A stretch of DNA of 64,000 nucleotides. Source: Basidiobolus meristosporus CBS 931.73 (Eukaryota; Fungi; Basidiobolomycota). A model generated the notes under the pieces. That model was given only the letters and a program-made list of their open reading frames with translations, ran no database searches and was not told the origin of the DNA. Every line of letters begins with the position of its first letter. Positions within the stretch are counted from its first letter, which is position 1. Location: NCBI GenBank assembly GCA_002104905.1, contig MCFE01000347.1, forward strand, positions 25,609 to 89,608, given 5' to 3'. The position numbers and the translations under genes are program-made. Shown piece after piece: positions 1-11,421 of this stretch.

Positions 1-845
1 GGCTTTGTTGCTACACTGAGCAACGTCTTGCACTCGCTGATGCTGGACCAGGATTGCGTTCTGGGCATGTATCTAAACGTCGTTTTCTACTACCTCTCCT
101 CGGCCTCCGTAGGATGGCTGTTGGTTCTGAAAGCCTACGCGCTCCACAGCAAGTCCAAGGCGGTCATCCTGATCGGCGGCATCTTGAGTTTGGTCAAGAT
201 CTCTTTGATGGCCCCTACGTTGATAGCAATGAATGTTCGCAGCGAGCCGCTGTGCCAATTGAGCCTGCCTCAGATCAACATCCAGGCCACGGGACTGGTG
301 GATATGGGTCTGCTGGCTCTCTGCCTGTTTTACTTTGCCCAGTCCAGCCTGCGAAAGTCCCGGCACTTCAAATTGCGCATGAAGGAGGCGCTGCAGAAGG
401 ACGGGGTGGTGTATTTCGCCATTGCTGCGTTCTTGCAGTTCCTCGGCTTGACCAGCGTGTTAGGGAACAGCCTCTGGCAGGGGTATTTCGCGATTGTATC
501 CATGACACTGTTGTGTAAGTAGTCGGCGGGTTTGCTTCGTGGTCCTGGGTACTCACCTCTCCATTCCTCCCAGGGAGCTTCTACTCAAAGCTGTTGTACG
601 AGGGTCTGATGCATAGGATGGACTCGACCTCCTTCGTCTGTACTGGAGACTCCTCGGTCGATCCAACTCCACGCAACGCCAAGCAGGCGGGAGCTTACGT
701 GGTCCACATCGAGGATCCGGACAAACAGTCGATTGAGCTTGGGGCCATCGATGCCGATGCCGATGTCGATGACGAAAACAAAGCAATCGAAATTGACGAC
801 TCCCAGTCTCAGGTGAAACTGACTTGCCCCATGGCGTTGGGTTGA
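1..845 (+). CDS. Multi-pass membrane protein, 5'-partial (7TM-like), two exons visible
   Basis: Frame open from position 1 through several hydrophobic helices. A GTAAGT donor at 515, branch-like ACTCAC and CAG acceptor at 573 splice in frame to the 594..845 ORF, giving an acidic cytoplasmic tail (DADADVDDE). No family motif recognised. Confidence 0.6.
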
Positions 846-1087
846 TTTCTCTTGGTATCAAACGATTGTACATTTAATTGTTTCTAGTATAATATGGATT
901 TGGACATCACAAGTCAAGTGTTACATAATTTGATGAGGCTTATTAAAGCTCAATTCCATCGCACCATCGGTCCCTACAAAAACCATCTCTTCCGCCCGCA
1001 ACCTTGCCCGCCAAAGCCTCCCAATGCCTACAGCTGCAGCCCATCTCTCCCGCAAGTGCGAAGTTACAGGGGGAGGCCCGTTTTCTT

Positions 1088-3521
1088 TTAGCCGGAGGGG
1101 CTGCTTTCCAGCAGACGGTCCGTGCTCTCGTTGGTTGGGTGAGGCTCATCCGTGGAATCGTCAGCGGTGACCTCTCTATACCACCCTCTTTCCTGGGATC
1201 TTTTTACGATCAAACACCCGACTCCCACCACCCCAATGACCGCGAAAATAGCAAGTGCCAGGTACCAGTTGGCGTCCGTAGGAGGTGTCGCTGCGACCTC
1301 CGCCGTCAGGCCCTTGGCGGTTGTCGCCTGGTCCTTGAGATTTGGGTTTGATTCAACACCAAACATAACAATCGCCCAGTCGAGGAAATCCCCACCTGCG
1401 TCGGGGTTCACCCGATCAATCACCTGGAGTGTCCAATTCCCCAACGGTGATTCGTCCCTGCGTTGCAAGACTATTAATCGGACAGCTCGAGTGCTGAGCA
1501 GCGCGTTATCGCTTACCAATGCTTGACCGACATGAATGTCCAGCTTTTCATCCCGGCTTTGCTCTCATCAAGCCTACGGCGAGCAGCCAGTTGCGAGACT
1601 ATCTGGTTTGGGGATATGAGATACACCTCCAGATCGCCTCGTCTGGCGTGGTCAATGTTCACCCGGACGGTGACGTGCTCCAGCGAATGAAGTTGGGCCG
1701 GGCCGGTCTCTGCTTCTGTGATCTGGATGGTGCTGTTGACGCCGTGCTCGCCCTGGGGTATCTTCTTGCCGACCACTTGGACGGGGGTTTCCAGGCGAAT
1801 CTGAGGCCCCACCGATTGGAATGTTTTTGCTGCTTCCACGATCCGGTAGGCGTCTAGCTTGCCATAGCCGAACTTGTGGTTGAAGAGTCGGCCAGCAGCG
1901 GTCGGCTTCCAGTCCTCATCTTCCAGCGAGATGGGAATCGCCGCCTGCACACAAAGATGCTGGATATCTCGCCAATGCAATTCTGGGCTATGGCAACGGG
2001 AAAGAAGATGTGAACACATGCCGTCTCTTCATGCCGCACTCGTCCACTTACCGAATAGAAAGTACGAGGGCAATGATTCCTGCGGCCAAGGGGGCGGCAG
2101 CCGACGTTCCTCCGTGCAGGTTGGAGCAACTCGAATGGCCAACATCGGTCGTATACTGTGGAAGCAAGGGAAGGCTTAGTTCTGGCCGAGATAGACGACT
2201 GAGCCGTAGTTGAAAATACGTACAATGTAGTTGCCTTGTCCGCTACTGTAGGACACTGCCAGTTGCGCAGCGCAGCTCTCCGAATAATACGGGTGGGCGT
2301 CGGTATGGTCGATGGCCCCAATGGTCACGGTATAGATGCTGTTGGTGTATCCATCGAAGTTGCAATTGTCGTCGTGGGACCCACCATTCCCGGACGCGAA
2401 CACGAAGACACTTCCTTTCCCACCGCGCCCTTTTTGGATCCCGTTGATTAGGGCGTACAGAATCAACCCCTTGGGTCCATCCATCGATTGGCCGTCGTCG
2501 GGTGGCCCCCAGCTGCAGGAATACACTTGGTTCTTTTGGTATTGGTAGTTGATGGCCAGCGCTTCGTCAGTGTCGGTGATCTCTGCTGACAGTATCCTCA
2601 GTCCTAATAATAGCTGTCAGTAACAGTGGATCCCGCCGCACAGATGTGCTCCGGCTTACCGGCCACTTTCGCTTCATACGCGACCCCGATTCCGCAGAAG
2701 TCGTTCTTCGCCGCAGCTATCTCTCCGGCACAGCGCGTGCCGTGGTAATCATCCGAGAGGCGAGGTTTCGGCTGGCTGACATGGTCGTTAAAGTCAAACG
2801 AACCCTCAGCAAACTAATCCCCAGAATCAGTATAGAGTGGAGCCAGCAAATTATCTGAATAAACACTAACGTAATTGCTCGCAAGGTCCTTGTTGTCCAT
2901 GTCCAATCCATCATCGAGAATTGCCACCACCACTCCCTTGCCCGTGATGCCTTGCTCCCATACCCCAGTCACATTGATGTCTCTCTTGGCACCGTTATGC
3001 TAGGTCAAACAATAGGATGTTAGCCGGCTGCTAGCCACTGTGCGACATCAAGTACATACCAAGAACCATTGTTTTTGGAACATGGGATCTTCCAAAGGCG
3101 AATTGTTGGACGAGGTAATATTACCAGAAGTAGCTCCGTTTGGAGGAGGGGGAGGAGGGATAGGGCCTCGCTTGCTTCGAAGTCGAGGTATTTGCTTCTC
3201 CAGTGAAGATATGCTTGCCAAAGCGGACAGAGCGCGCTTTTCCAGCTGTCCACCAAACTGAAGCTTCTGCAACTGCTCGACCTGTTGGCCAACTGGATCC
3301 TCGTGCTCCCCCGTTTTTGGGCAAGAGAATAGATGGTAATTCTCCAGCTCCCCTATCTGACCGTGATGCGTCAGGTCTAGCAGACGAGCTATCTCCGACG
3401 GGGCGGCGGAGTGTATAGCGTAGTAATGATGCTCTCGATGGTTTTGCCTTACCAGGTTCCAACCTAGCGTTGTCGAGACGCACGCGAAGAAAAGTGCGAT
3501 AAGTGGTGGTGGGCGTAGCAT
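1088..3521 (-). CDS. KEX2: Kexin (Kex2/furin-like subtilase, S8B), intact, multi-exon
   Basis: Signal peptide [12 protein letters not shown], prodomain ending RSKR, catalytic motifs [19 protein letters not shown] and [10 protein letters not shown]-domain, TM helix ([21 protein letters not shown]) and cytosolic tail. The GT-AG junctions I checked (e.g. intron 3000-3059) keep the frame. Confidence 0.96.
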
Positions 3522-3958
3522 GTTCAACAGAGCTGGCTATGCTGCATGGAGGAAACCCTTGAACTGACTCGACCATACTTCGTGCGGGGTCTTATGAATA
3601 TGTTCGGCTGCCGATTTGCCACGTGTAAACCGCGTGCTCGCAAACCCCAACAACAACAAGCCGGCCTTCGAAGGGCACCAAAAGGTTTGCTTGTTTTCAT
3701 ATGCAGCAACCTGCGACACCACTCGCCTCTGTGCGATAATCGCTAACCAACTGTGGTAGTGGTTTCGAACTCTATTTCGTCCACACCCATTGGCCGATGA
3801 GCGATCACATGATGGAACCGAGAATATGATCATTTCTCACATGCTGATCATGGCTGAGCCTGACACAAAAATCTAACCCACATGCACAAAGCTTTCCCAC
3901 AGATGGGCTGAGATTAGCAATTCGTCAGTGGAGTATCCATACCTTGAGTTCGCCCAGA

Positions 3959-5218
3959 ATGCCGTGCATACAGAAACAACACCTCAAGAACTTGTCGGGA
4001 TACTAGTACAGTGGTGCGGACAAGTCCCTGCTATCGAAATATGTATTGCAGGCTTACTGGACGAGACTGGTGGAGTAAGTTCTCGCTCGACCGTTTCTGC
4101 GTGTGGCGCGAGTGCCGACCTTTCTGCATTTGGACCCAACTTCATCACGCTCCTTGGCTTCTCACCTTCCTCGACAGCGTTTATTAGAACCACCGCATTC
4201 TCACGCATGCGCTGCTTTCAGATATGCCCTCGGTCTTTAGGTCTACGCCTCGCTTGATACCATCGAGGGTAAGCAGGCTGACCGCGATGACGCTTCTTTC
4301 CAGTAATTAATCAGAGTGCAATCTTACGCCGGGTGTGATGGCGGCTGACGATTACATGGGACATATCGACGAGTAACTTCTACCTTTCGACCTGGGAAGA
4401 GTACCATACTGGGACTTTGTATCTCGGCTATTTCAGCGGTCCAGTGGAAGGGATCGTAATGCTCGTCATTTTATTCGTTTTAACCGGGCTGCTAGGTAAG
4501 TATGGGGATCGACCCCCCCCCCACAGAGTTGTACAGTCCTAAGATACCATCGTATCATATATAGAGGGCGGCCCTGTCTTTTGGGGATCGTCGTTGCGTG
4601 AGGTTCTGGGCCTGGCGCCTGGCAGGTGCACTTGGATCTCTGATTACCCTATCAACGTATTCCTCAACGCACTCTCGATTCTTGTACTTGGCAGCAACGT
4701 GGTCAATGGGTTCGTATCGCCACGCCGGTTTTATTGGTAAGCTCGCTGGATTCTAATCTTGCGTTTAGCATCGGACTGGTGTACAACTATCTCCTTACCT
4801 ACCCAGGATTGTGACCCACCATTTGACCCCGTTCATGATATATTGCGGATGCTCATTTGGATACATGGCTGGCCGTATCATCCTCGCCCATGTCACGAAG
4901 GCTCCATTCCCGTTCCCTCATCGAGTGTACATTCCACTGATCTTGGGCTCGCTGAAAGCCCCACTTCCCGCATATTTCAATTGGTAGGCCTTCTCGGAAC
5001 CCTTGGCAATCCACACCCCCAGTACTCAACCGCCTCCCCTCCCCTCCTCTCCTAGGAACTCTCTTTTTCCGATGGAGTACGAGTACCACTACATCCTGTT
5101 GGCTCTAGCCTACTCCATCGCCATCTACGCCCATTTTGCCATCTCGGTGATTTGCGAGGTATGCGACTACTTCGACATCTGGTGCCTCAGCATCAAGCAT
5201 CCCAAGAAGCAACTGTAA
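3959..5218 (+). pseudogene. EPT1: Choline/ethanolamine phosphotransferase (CDP-alcohol phosphatidyltransferase), decayed
   Basis: Family segments MPCIQKQHLKNLSGY*YSGADKSLLSKYVL, PNFITLLGF, LDTIEGKQA, GCD, NFYLSTWEEYHTGTLYLGYFSGPVEG, GRIILAHVTKAPFP and a C-terminal CDYFDIWCLSIK. There is an in-frame TAG at 4004-4006 where YKYSG is expected, several missing segments and a frameshift near 4805. Confidence 0.85.
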
Positions 5219-6138
5219 ACCACTCTCCCTCAGAATCCGTCCCATGCCTCCATCAAAAATAAACCTGCCTTTATTCCATCCAGACGGACCATCATTTATC
5301 CCCCCATGTTCCGAAATACTTACCAGAAATCCACTGCTTCCACCCGTCCGGCGTCGGTGGACCAAATCTTGCCTCCACCGCTTCTGCGGTAAAGCTTGCG
5401 TAAAAACCAAGTGGGGGTCTGCTAGTTGCCGGTGGAGCAGACGGTGAGGATGGGATTTCTTGTGGGCAGTGCTCGAGCCGGTGCTTGGATCGATGTTCCC
5501 TTGCCTTGTCACACATGGGTCGGTCTTGTTCGGGAGAGAATCGGAACTCCCATTGCCCCAAGCCAGTGTACAATGGACATTTGTTGTCGGATCTGAACTC
5601 GAACGAGTCATGCTCCACCTTCGTCGTGTCCGGCTGGCCATTTTAGGGTTCGCTTTGGGAGTCTGACCCATCCGGCACTCCACCAACGGGATGCCCAAGG
5701 AAAGAGCACGGCGATCTGCCACGTATGACGGATTGGCTCGCTGTGAAGGTACGATACTGTGCTCAAGATGGTTGACTCGACTGGTCCCGTAGAGGAGTGG
5801 GGTCAGCGAAGTGAATGGGCCGGTGTTTATTCAGGTAGGATAGATCCGGTTCGTGACTGAAATCCGACCTCAGCAGCGACCAATCACCCGCCTGGCCCGG
5901 GCATTGGATCGTTGATCCGTTCACTTGGACTCATTCTGGTTTATCCACAGAGGAAGGTTGGGTGACTGTTGATCGAATGCCCCCTAGAATTCGCCTACTT
6001 CTTGACAATAAGATGCATCTAAATGGGTCGGAATTCTCCGAGATGTGATAAGAGTCGAGTGGCAATTGGCGGAATATAAATGAAATCCTTATTTTACTGC
6101 TCCTTAATGTCCGAACGCTGTCCCATGGTACTTATTGA

Positions 6139-8299
6139 ATGGCTTTTCCGTCTGGCATAGATAGCCACAGCCCCTTCCTTCATAGAGTCTCCTTTTTCCC
6201 CAACCTTCCTGATTCTCCTTCCCGGAAGATGCTCGTCGAATCCACCCATGTTCCTCCGAAGACCGTGCTGAAGAGAAGCCAGATAAAGACGATGAAATTA
6301 CTGAGCAACAATGCTCGTAGACTGGAGTTGCAAAAAACCCTTCAGCCCAGGCAGCATCGTAGTGTCTCTTTACCCGAGCAGCCGTCCGCGCTTAACAAAC
6401 CTCCCCCCAGTGCCAGTCACGACGACAACCTGGTGGCGAAGAAAGGCCACCGGTTCGGGATAACTAGGTTAGTTGTAGAATGGCCGATCCCTGTGCTTCT
6501 GTGTTCGCTGTTATCCAACGAGGGATTAATCGGTGGATGTGATTGATATAGAAAGCGAAGATTCGAAGGGCCAGATCCAGAAAAGGTAACCGCCCTCCGG
6601 CTTGTTTCTTGGCGACGCTCGAGCTGATCAGGGCCATTCTTTTTCGCAGGGAAATCCAAACTGAAGAAGGCCCAAAGTGACGAAGGCGTAGGCCGCGCCT
6701 GTCCCGCGGAGGCGATGGAGGTGGACTTCGACGAGATTGGATCGATGCGCCACTCGACGATCCCCCGCTCCTTCAAAAGCCTCCTAACGGCCATGGGCTC
6801 GGCACTCAAAGCCAACAAAGGGAAGCAATCCCGGAAATTCTCGTCCATGTTCGACGGAGGGGACGAGTACGCATTGGACAGGGAAAGGCTCAAAATCTTC
6901 ATCGGCACCTGGAATATGTACGGAAAGGTTGGTCTATCTGCTCGTCTTCTTGAAGCGCCGCTGCTAACACATTGCCAGCCCCCACCGCAGGATCTAGCCC
7001 CATTTATCGAGCAACCCGAGCACGCTAACCCTAGCATCACCCCCTATTTGAACTGCCGCGACGAACATCCCTACCATCTGCTGGTAATCGGGACTCAGGA
7101 GTGCCAGCGACCTATCTCGGAATCGGTCCTATTTCCCTCTAAAGAGGAATGGGAAAAGCAGCTGGAGGAAGTGCTGAGTCCGCAGTACGTGCTGGTTAAA
7201 TCCGAGACCATGGCTGCCCTCCACCTGGCGGTGTTTGTATGGAAGGATTGCCGTCACTGGATCAAAGGTACATGCACTCAGACACTTGTCACCACCACGA
7301 TTACTTACCCATCATCCACAGCGCGACACTCGGCTCAGGTTGCAACAGGCATCGGGGGAATCATCGGAAACAAGGGAGGCGTAGGGATCTCCATCCTATT
7401 TGGAGCCACATCGCTACTTTTCGTGAATAGCCACTTCACCGGTAAGGCCACTGCATGCCACTTTCTCCAGACCATCCAACCCACCCCTCCACCATCTAGC
7501 GCACCAATCGAGAGTTTCCTATCGCAACTACGACTACAAGCGAATCGACCGCGAGTTGAAACTCCCGGGCTACAAGAAAGCGGACACCGGTAAGCCTTCG
7601 ATGACTAGCGGATGCCAAACCCATGTGAGCTAAACGTGTATGTTCGCAAGCCCCCTCCTCGTTGGCCAGCGAGCGATTCGATTACACATTCTGGTTTGGC
7701 GACCTGAATTATCGGGTGAACGGGGATCGAGCAACGATCGACAGAAAGATCAGCGAAGGCGACATGGATGTAAGTTGCCCACATACGTCTTGGGATGGCC
7801 CTTTGGATGATTCAATGATTTGCCTTGGATACAGTACCTGTTGGAGAACGACCAGTTGAACATTCAACGCCAGTGCCTCAACGTATTTCAAGGCTTCCAG
7901 GAGGCACCAATCCACTTCCCGCCTACCTATAAGTTTGATGTCCCTAGCCTACCGACCGCGGACTACAGCCGAACAATCTACGATTTCATCCAACCGAACA
8001 ATGTTTACGACACCAGCCCCAAGGCTAGGGTTCCTTCTTGGACCGACCGGATTCTATACAAGGCACGGAAAGGTGTGGTGGATGTGGCGCGTTACGAGGC
8101 TGTGATGGAGATGTATGGCTCTGATCACAAACCGGTGGTGGGAATCTTTCTAGCTGAGTTCAACTGGAAGAAAGAGCTCGCCAAAGAGCTCAAGAGCTGC
8201 TTCAAGAGCGGCACCATTGCGCAGACCATCGAGCAACAGCGAGATCTGATGTTGGCCAAGTTAGCCAAAGAACAGTATGCCCCTTGTAAAATGCAGTAG
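6139..8299 (+). CDS. Inositol polyphosphate 5-phosphatase (INPP5E-like) with C-terminal CKMQ; 5' exon structure uncertain
   Basis: Motifs IFIGTWNM, VIGTQEC, GNKGGV, FVNSHFTAHQ, FWFGDLNYRV, PPTYKFD, PSWTDRILY and SDHKPV. Introns 6928-6978, 7268-7321, 7442-7499, 7590-7650 and 7770-7834 give a continuous catalytic domain. I could not splice the 6139 ORF cleanly to the 6715 ORF. Confidence 0.9.
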
Positions 8300-8539
8300 T
8301 CGTACCTACCTAAGGCCTGTTCAGCCCATAGAGTTTTCGTGTAAATAACCTTGCTCCTGTGACCCATTTAAGCAATAATCCTCTAATTCTATAACCAGTA
8401 ACTCCAAACCATCTCAACTCCCCACCCTATAGAACCCAGCACAAGCCCCACTTCTCCATGGAAGCACTTTATTGAGTGTGACGCAGCATCAAGTCGAGAC
8501 GACAGCCATACCCACGATAACCATGTAACCATCCATTCG

Positions 8540-9331
8540 TCACCACCAAAGAGAGCTTCGAAGGTTCTGCGATGGGACTCCCGGGAACGGCGTTAACGGT
8601 AAGATGAATCCGTAACTCACTACCCAATAAAAACATCCGAATATCACCCCGCTAGTCTTCTCCCTTATGGTATGGAAATACACGTTGGTCATCAGCAGCA
8701 TCCACCACCAAAGGAACTAGAGCGCGATCAATCCGATCCCAAGCATTTTGGACGCGAGGTGCCTGTTGATACGGGTGTTTAATCTAGGGTTGAACCAGCC
8801 AAATTTCAGCTTCTCCCACAGGAACAGGGATGCATGTACAAGCAGCATACAATGCCCGGACATGTCGTGGCCTCCTGCCCATTCTCCTCCATTCGACTCG
8901 GTGACGGAAGGGCCCGCGAAACTCTGAGTCATGAAATACCAGTACAAGGTGGCCAACAGCCAGCGAAACCAGAAGGGACCGGCTTCCTTGATATCCAGCC
9001 GAGCGAAAGCTATGGTGACAAATGGAAGATATAGCACAGAAGTCCAGCCCCAGCCATACGTGACAAATACGCCATTGAACAGGTTTCTCTCGTCGGAAAA
9101 GTAGGCCTCGTGGGCGGGGTGGAGGAAGTGTACCAAACTCCCCAGAGGAGCAGTCCCGGCGTACATCAGGGTGATAGGCTGGAACTGCTGGATACAGAAG
9201 TTGCTTAGTGTTGGCCCTTGACTTAAGGAGGAGGCATTCACCAGATCTCGCTGTATATTCTGGCCGGCAAATACCTGTTTTTCAACTGCCCGTAGATGGT
9301 GCTTTTCAGGTTCTGTAAGCGAACTGCTCAT
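8540..9331 (-). pseudogene. FIT-family (SCS3/FIT2 acyl-CoA diphosphatase) gene with premature stop
   Basis: Motifs YFSDERNLFN, GWGWTS and GHDMSGHCMLL. After an in-frame TAG at 8717-8719 the frame continues with family sequence FLWWWMLLMTNVYFHTIREKTSG to a TGA at 8540-8542. The loop after GPS appears deleted. Confidence 0.8.
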
Positions 9332-9798
9332 GGTAAAGGATTGTTTCACGCAGACCCAGCACTCGACTGACTTGTTAAAGAGTATGTCGTGGTCATGAGT
9401 CGTGACGTCACTACAGGATACTTTCAATTTCAAGGCTCATTACTTCACAATGGTGCGTTTGATACAGGCTGAAATGGTCATATTTTGTATTCTTCGGCGA
9501 GTTTGGATCTCGTGCACTTCGGTGCAGGTGATCGAATTGGCTTCTTTATTAGTAAAACTGTATTTGCTTAATGGTTTAAACGAAACTCCACTTCTATGCA
9601 TTTTGTAAGAGTCGAACAAAAATAGTTCCGTCGTCTACATCCGTGTTACAAGAGCCCGCTAATTTATGCTAGAACCACTGAAAAACAGTTTGCAAACTTT
9701 TCTGGGTACATATATGGTGTTGGTGTTGGTGGTCTTTGGAATCTCATTTCAGTCGGTTAGCTTCGAAAGTGTATTTCGGCACGCTTGACATTTCGGAT

Positions 9799-11421
9799 TT
9801 AGTTAGTAAACCCCTGTGTTTTACGTGTTTCCCTGAAATGGAGTGGGCGATCGCTCAACAACAGCAAAGAAGTTGCGGCGGAAGAGACCTTGCTTGTTAA
9901 AAGGATAGGATCCTCATAAGAGGTTCCCAAAGGTGGTAGCTGAACAATTGAGCCTCGATTCTCCGAGTTTTTGCAAGAGTGGCGTGGTGAGATGGAAGGC
10001 AGCAGGTTGGCTTGTTTAGTACCGATATGATTCGAGTAAGGAACGGCAGAGGCATTAGAGATACAAAAGCTATTAAGGCCATTAGACATAATAGCTTTTT
10101 CATATTGTTGCAGAGAGTGACGAGTTGTTGGTGGAGCGGAAGGTGCGATGGTAGGTGTTGGTGGCGGAAGTTGAATTACCGAGGTCGTCTTATCAAGCGG
10201 TGTCAAACCATATGGGTCGGCCTTGATGATCAATTTCTTTTTAGATGCTGCTGAGGGCTCCGAAAGTACCTTATGATTGTTCCCTTCAACATTGGACTTT
10301 TCCTGAGTGGAGAGTGCTAGGTATCGCTTAGGTATTCTTGCTTCTTCAGACTCCACTGAGCGTTTCAAAGTTCGCGAACGTGTCGAGAAAATTTTGGCGT
10401 CTTCGCCCTCAATAATCCGAAACCCTTTAGCATGTGGATTATATTGCTTTTTCAGTTGATTGACTGCATTATTCTGATAATGGGTAACCGCGATGAAAGC
10501 TGCTTCCTCAAATACAAAAGTCTTCTCTTGTTGAATGCCTTCATTAAGTTTAATAAGGTGCACCCGAGGCTGATATTTGTGAAACGTTTTCAGAGGAAAA
10601 TAACCATCTGGAAGTGCGAATTCTGGATCAAAAGCACTCCTGCGACAATCCATGAATGATCCATTATTCAACACCTTGTTGTCAATCGAGTTCTCAAGTC
10701 TGTTAGTCAACTTTACTTTGGTAAAGGAAACGCCATTCTTGACCCAGTAAGCTCCTAATTGGCCAAGTGCTTTAGTCCACTAACCTGTGCTGTTCATGCC
10801 AAATAGATTCAATGATTTACCTGACTGGGGAGAGTCTGGGTGTGTATATTCTCTCGTGATCCAGCATTCCAAGCCGGGTCGCTTCTTTTCGCTCATCGTA
10901 TACGGCTGTGGCTGGCTCTTTGAAACATCGCTGTGGACCACCACCCATTCATCGTTGCGAAATTTAAATCTTTCTGGAGAAATCTGCTCAAAGTCTAGCT
11001 TAATTTTGTAAAGTGCATATGGGTCCAAGTCTGTTGCTTTAAATTTCAGGGAAGGAAAAAGACATCTTCCAGTTTTTGTAATTATCATCTCATTGGCGAT
11101 GGAGTTGAACTGCTTCCATAAGCTGGCCTCTTCAAGGTGCAAAGCCCCACGCTGCTGCTCTACTGTGCCGCCTACTATAGGCGTGCTTACCACTTGAGGG
11201 GTAGTCTGAATGGTGACTGCGGGTCCACTGGGTTATCAAACAATATATTAGCAGATGTATCCGAAGAAGTATTAAGAAGGTAATAGTGTCAATTGAGCTA
11301 AAGGTGGCTTTTTGGTATGAATACTACAAGGGAAATTTATTCCTGCTTGATAACTTTACCTAGGATCCATGGGATTTTGAAGCTTAGTATATGAGAAATC
11401 TCCAGTGTGCAGATTATTCAT
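9799..11421 (-). CDS. T-box transcription factor (Brachyury-like); start codon uncertain
   Basis: T-domain LWKQFNSIANEMIITKTGRCLFP ... HPDSPQSG|AYWVKNGVSFTKVKLTNR ... HKYQPRVH ... FIAVTHYQN ... NPHAKGF. Intron 10755-10820 restores the canonical HPDSP-x-G-A-x-W. A phase-compatible upstream intron 11228-11359 leads to an ATG at 11421. Confidence 0.93.

Noticed and set aside
5105-5935. Minus-strand ORFs (205 aa and 108 aa) between EPT1 and the 5-phosphatase
   Set aside because: No recognisable motif and no consistent splice model; the longer ORF overlaps the EPT1 3' exon antisense. It could be a decayed gene, but I cannot support a call.
4004-8719. Possible TAG reassignment (two genes with in-frame TAG)
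   Set aside because: The expected residues differ (K versus hydrophobic), both genes have other lesions, and TAG terminates the intact 5-phosphatase.
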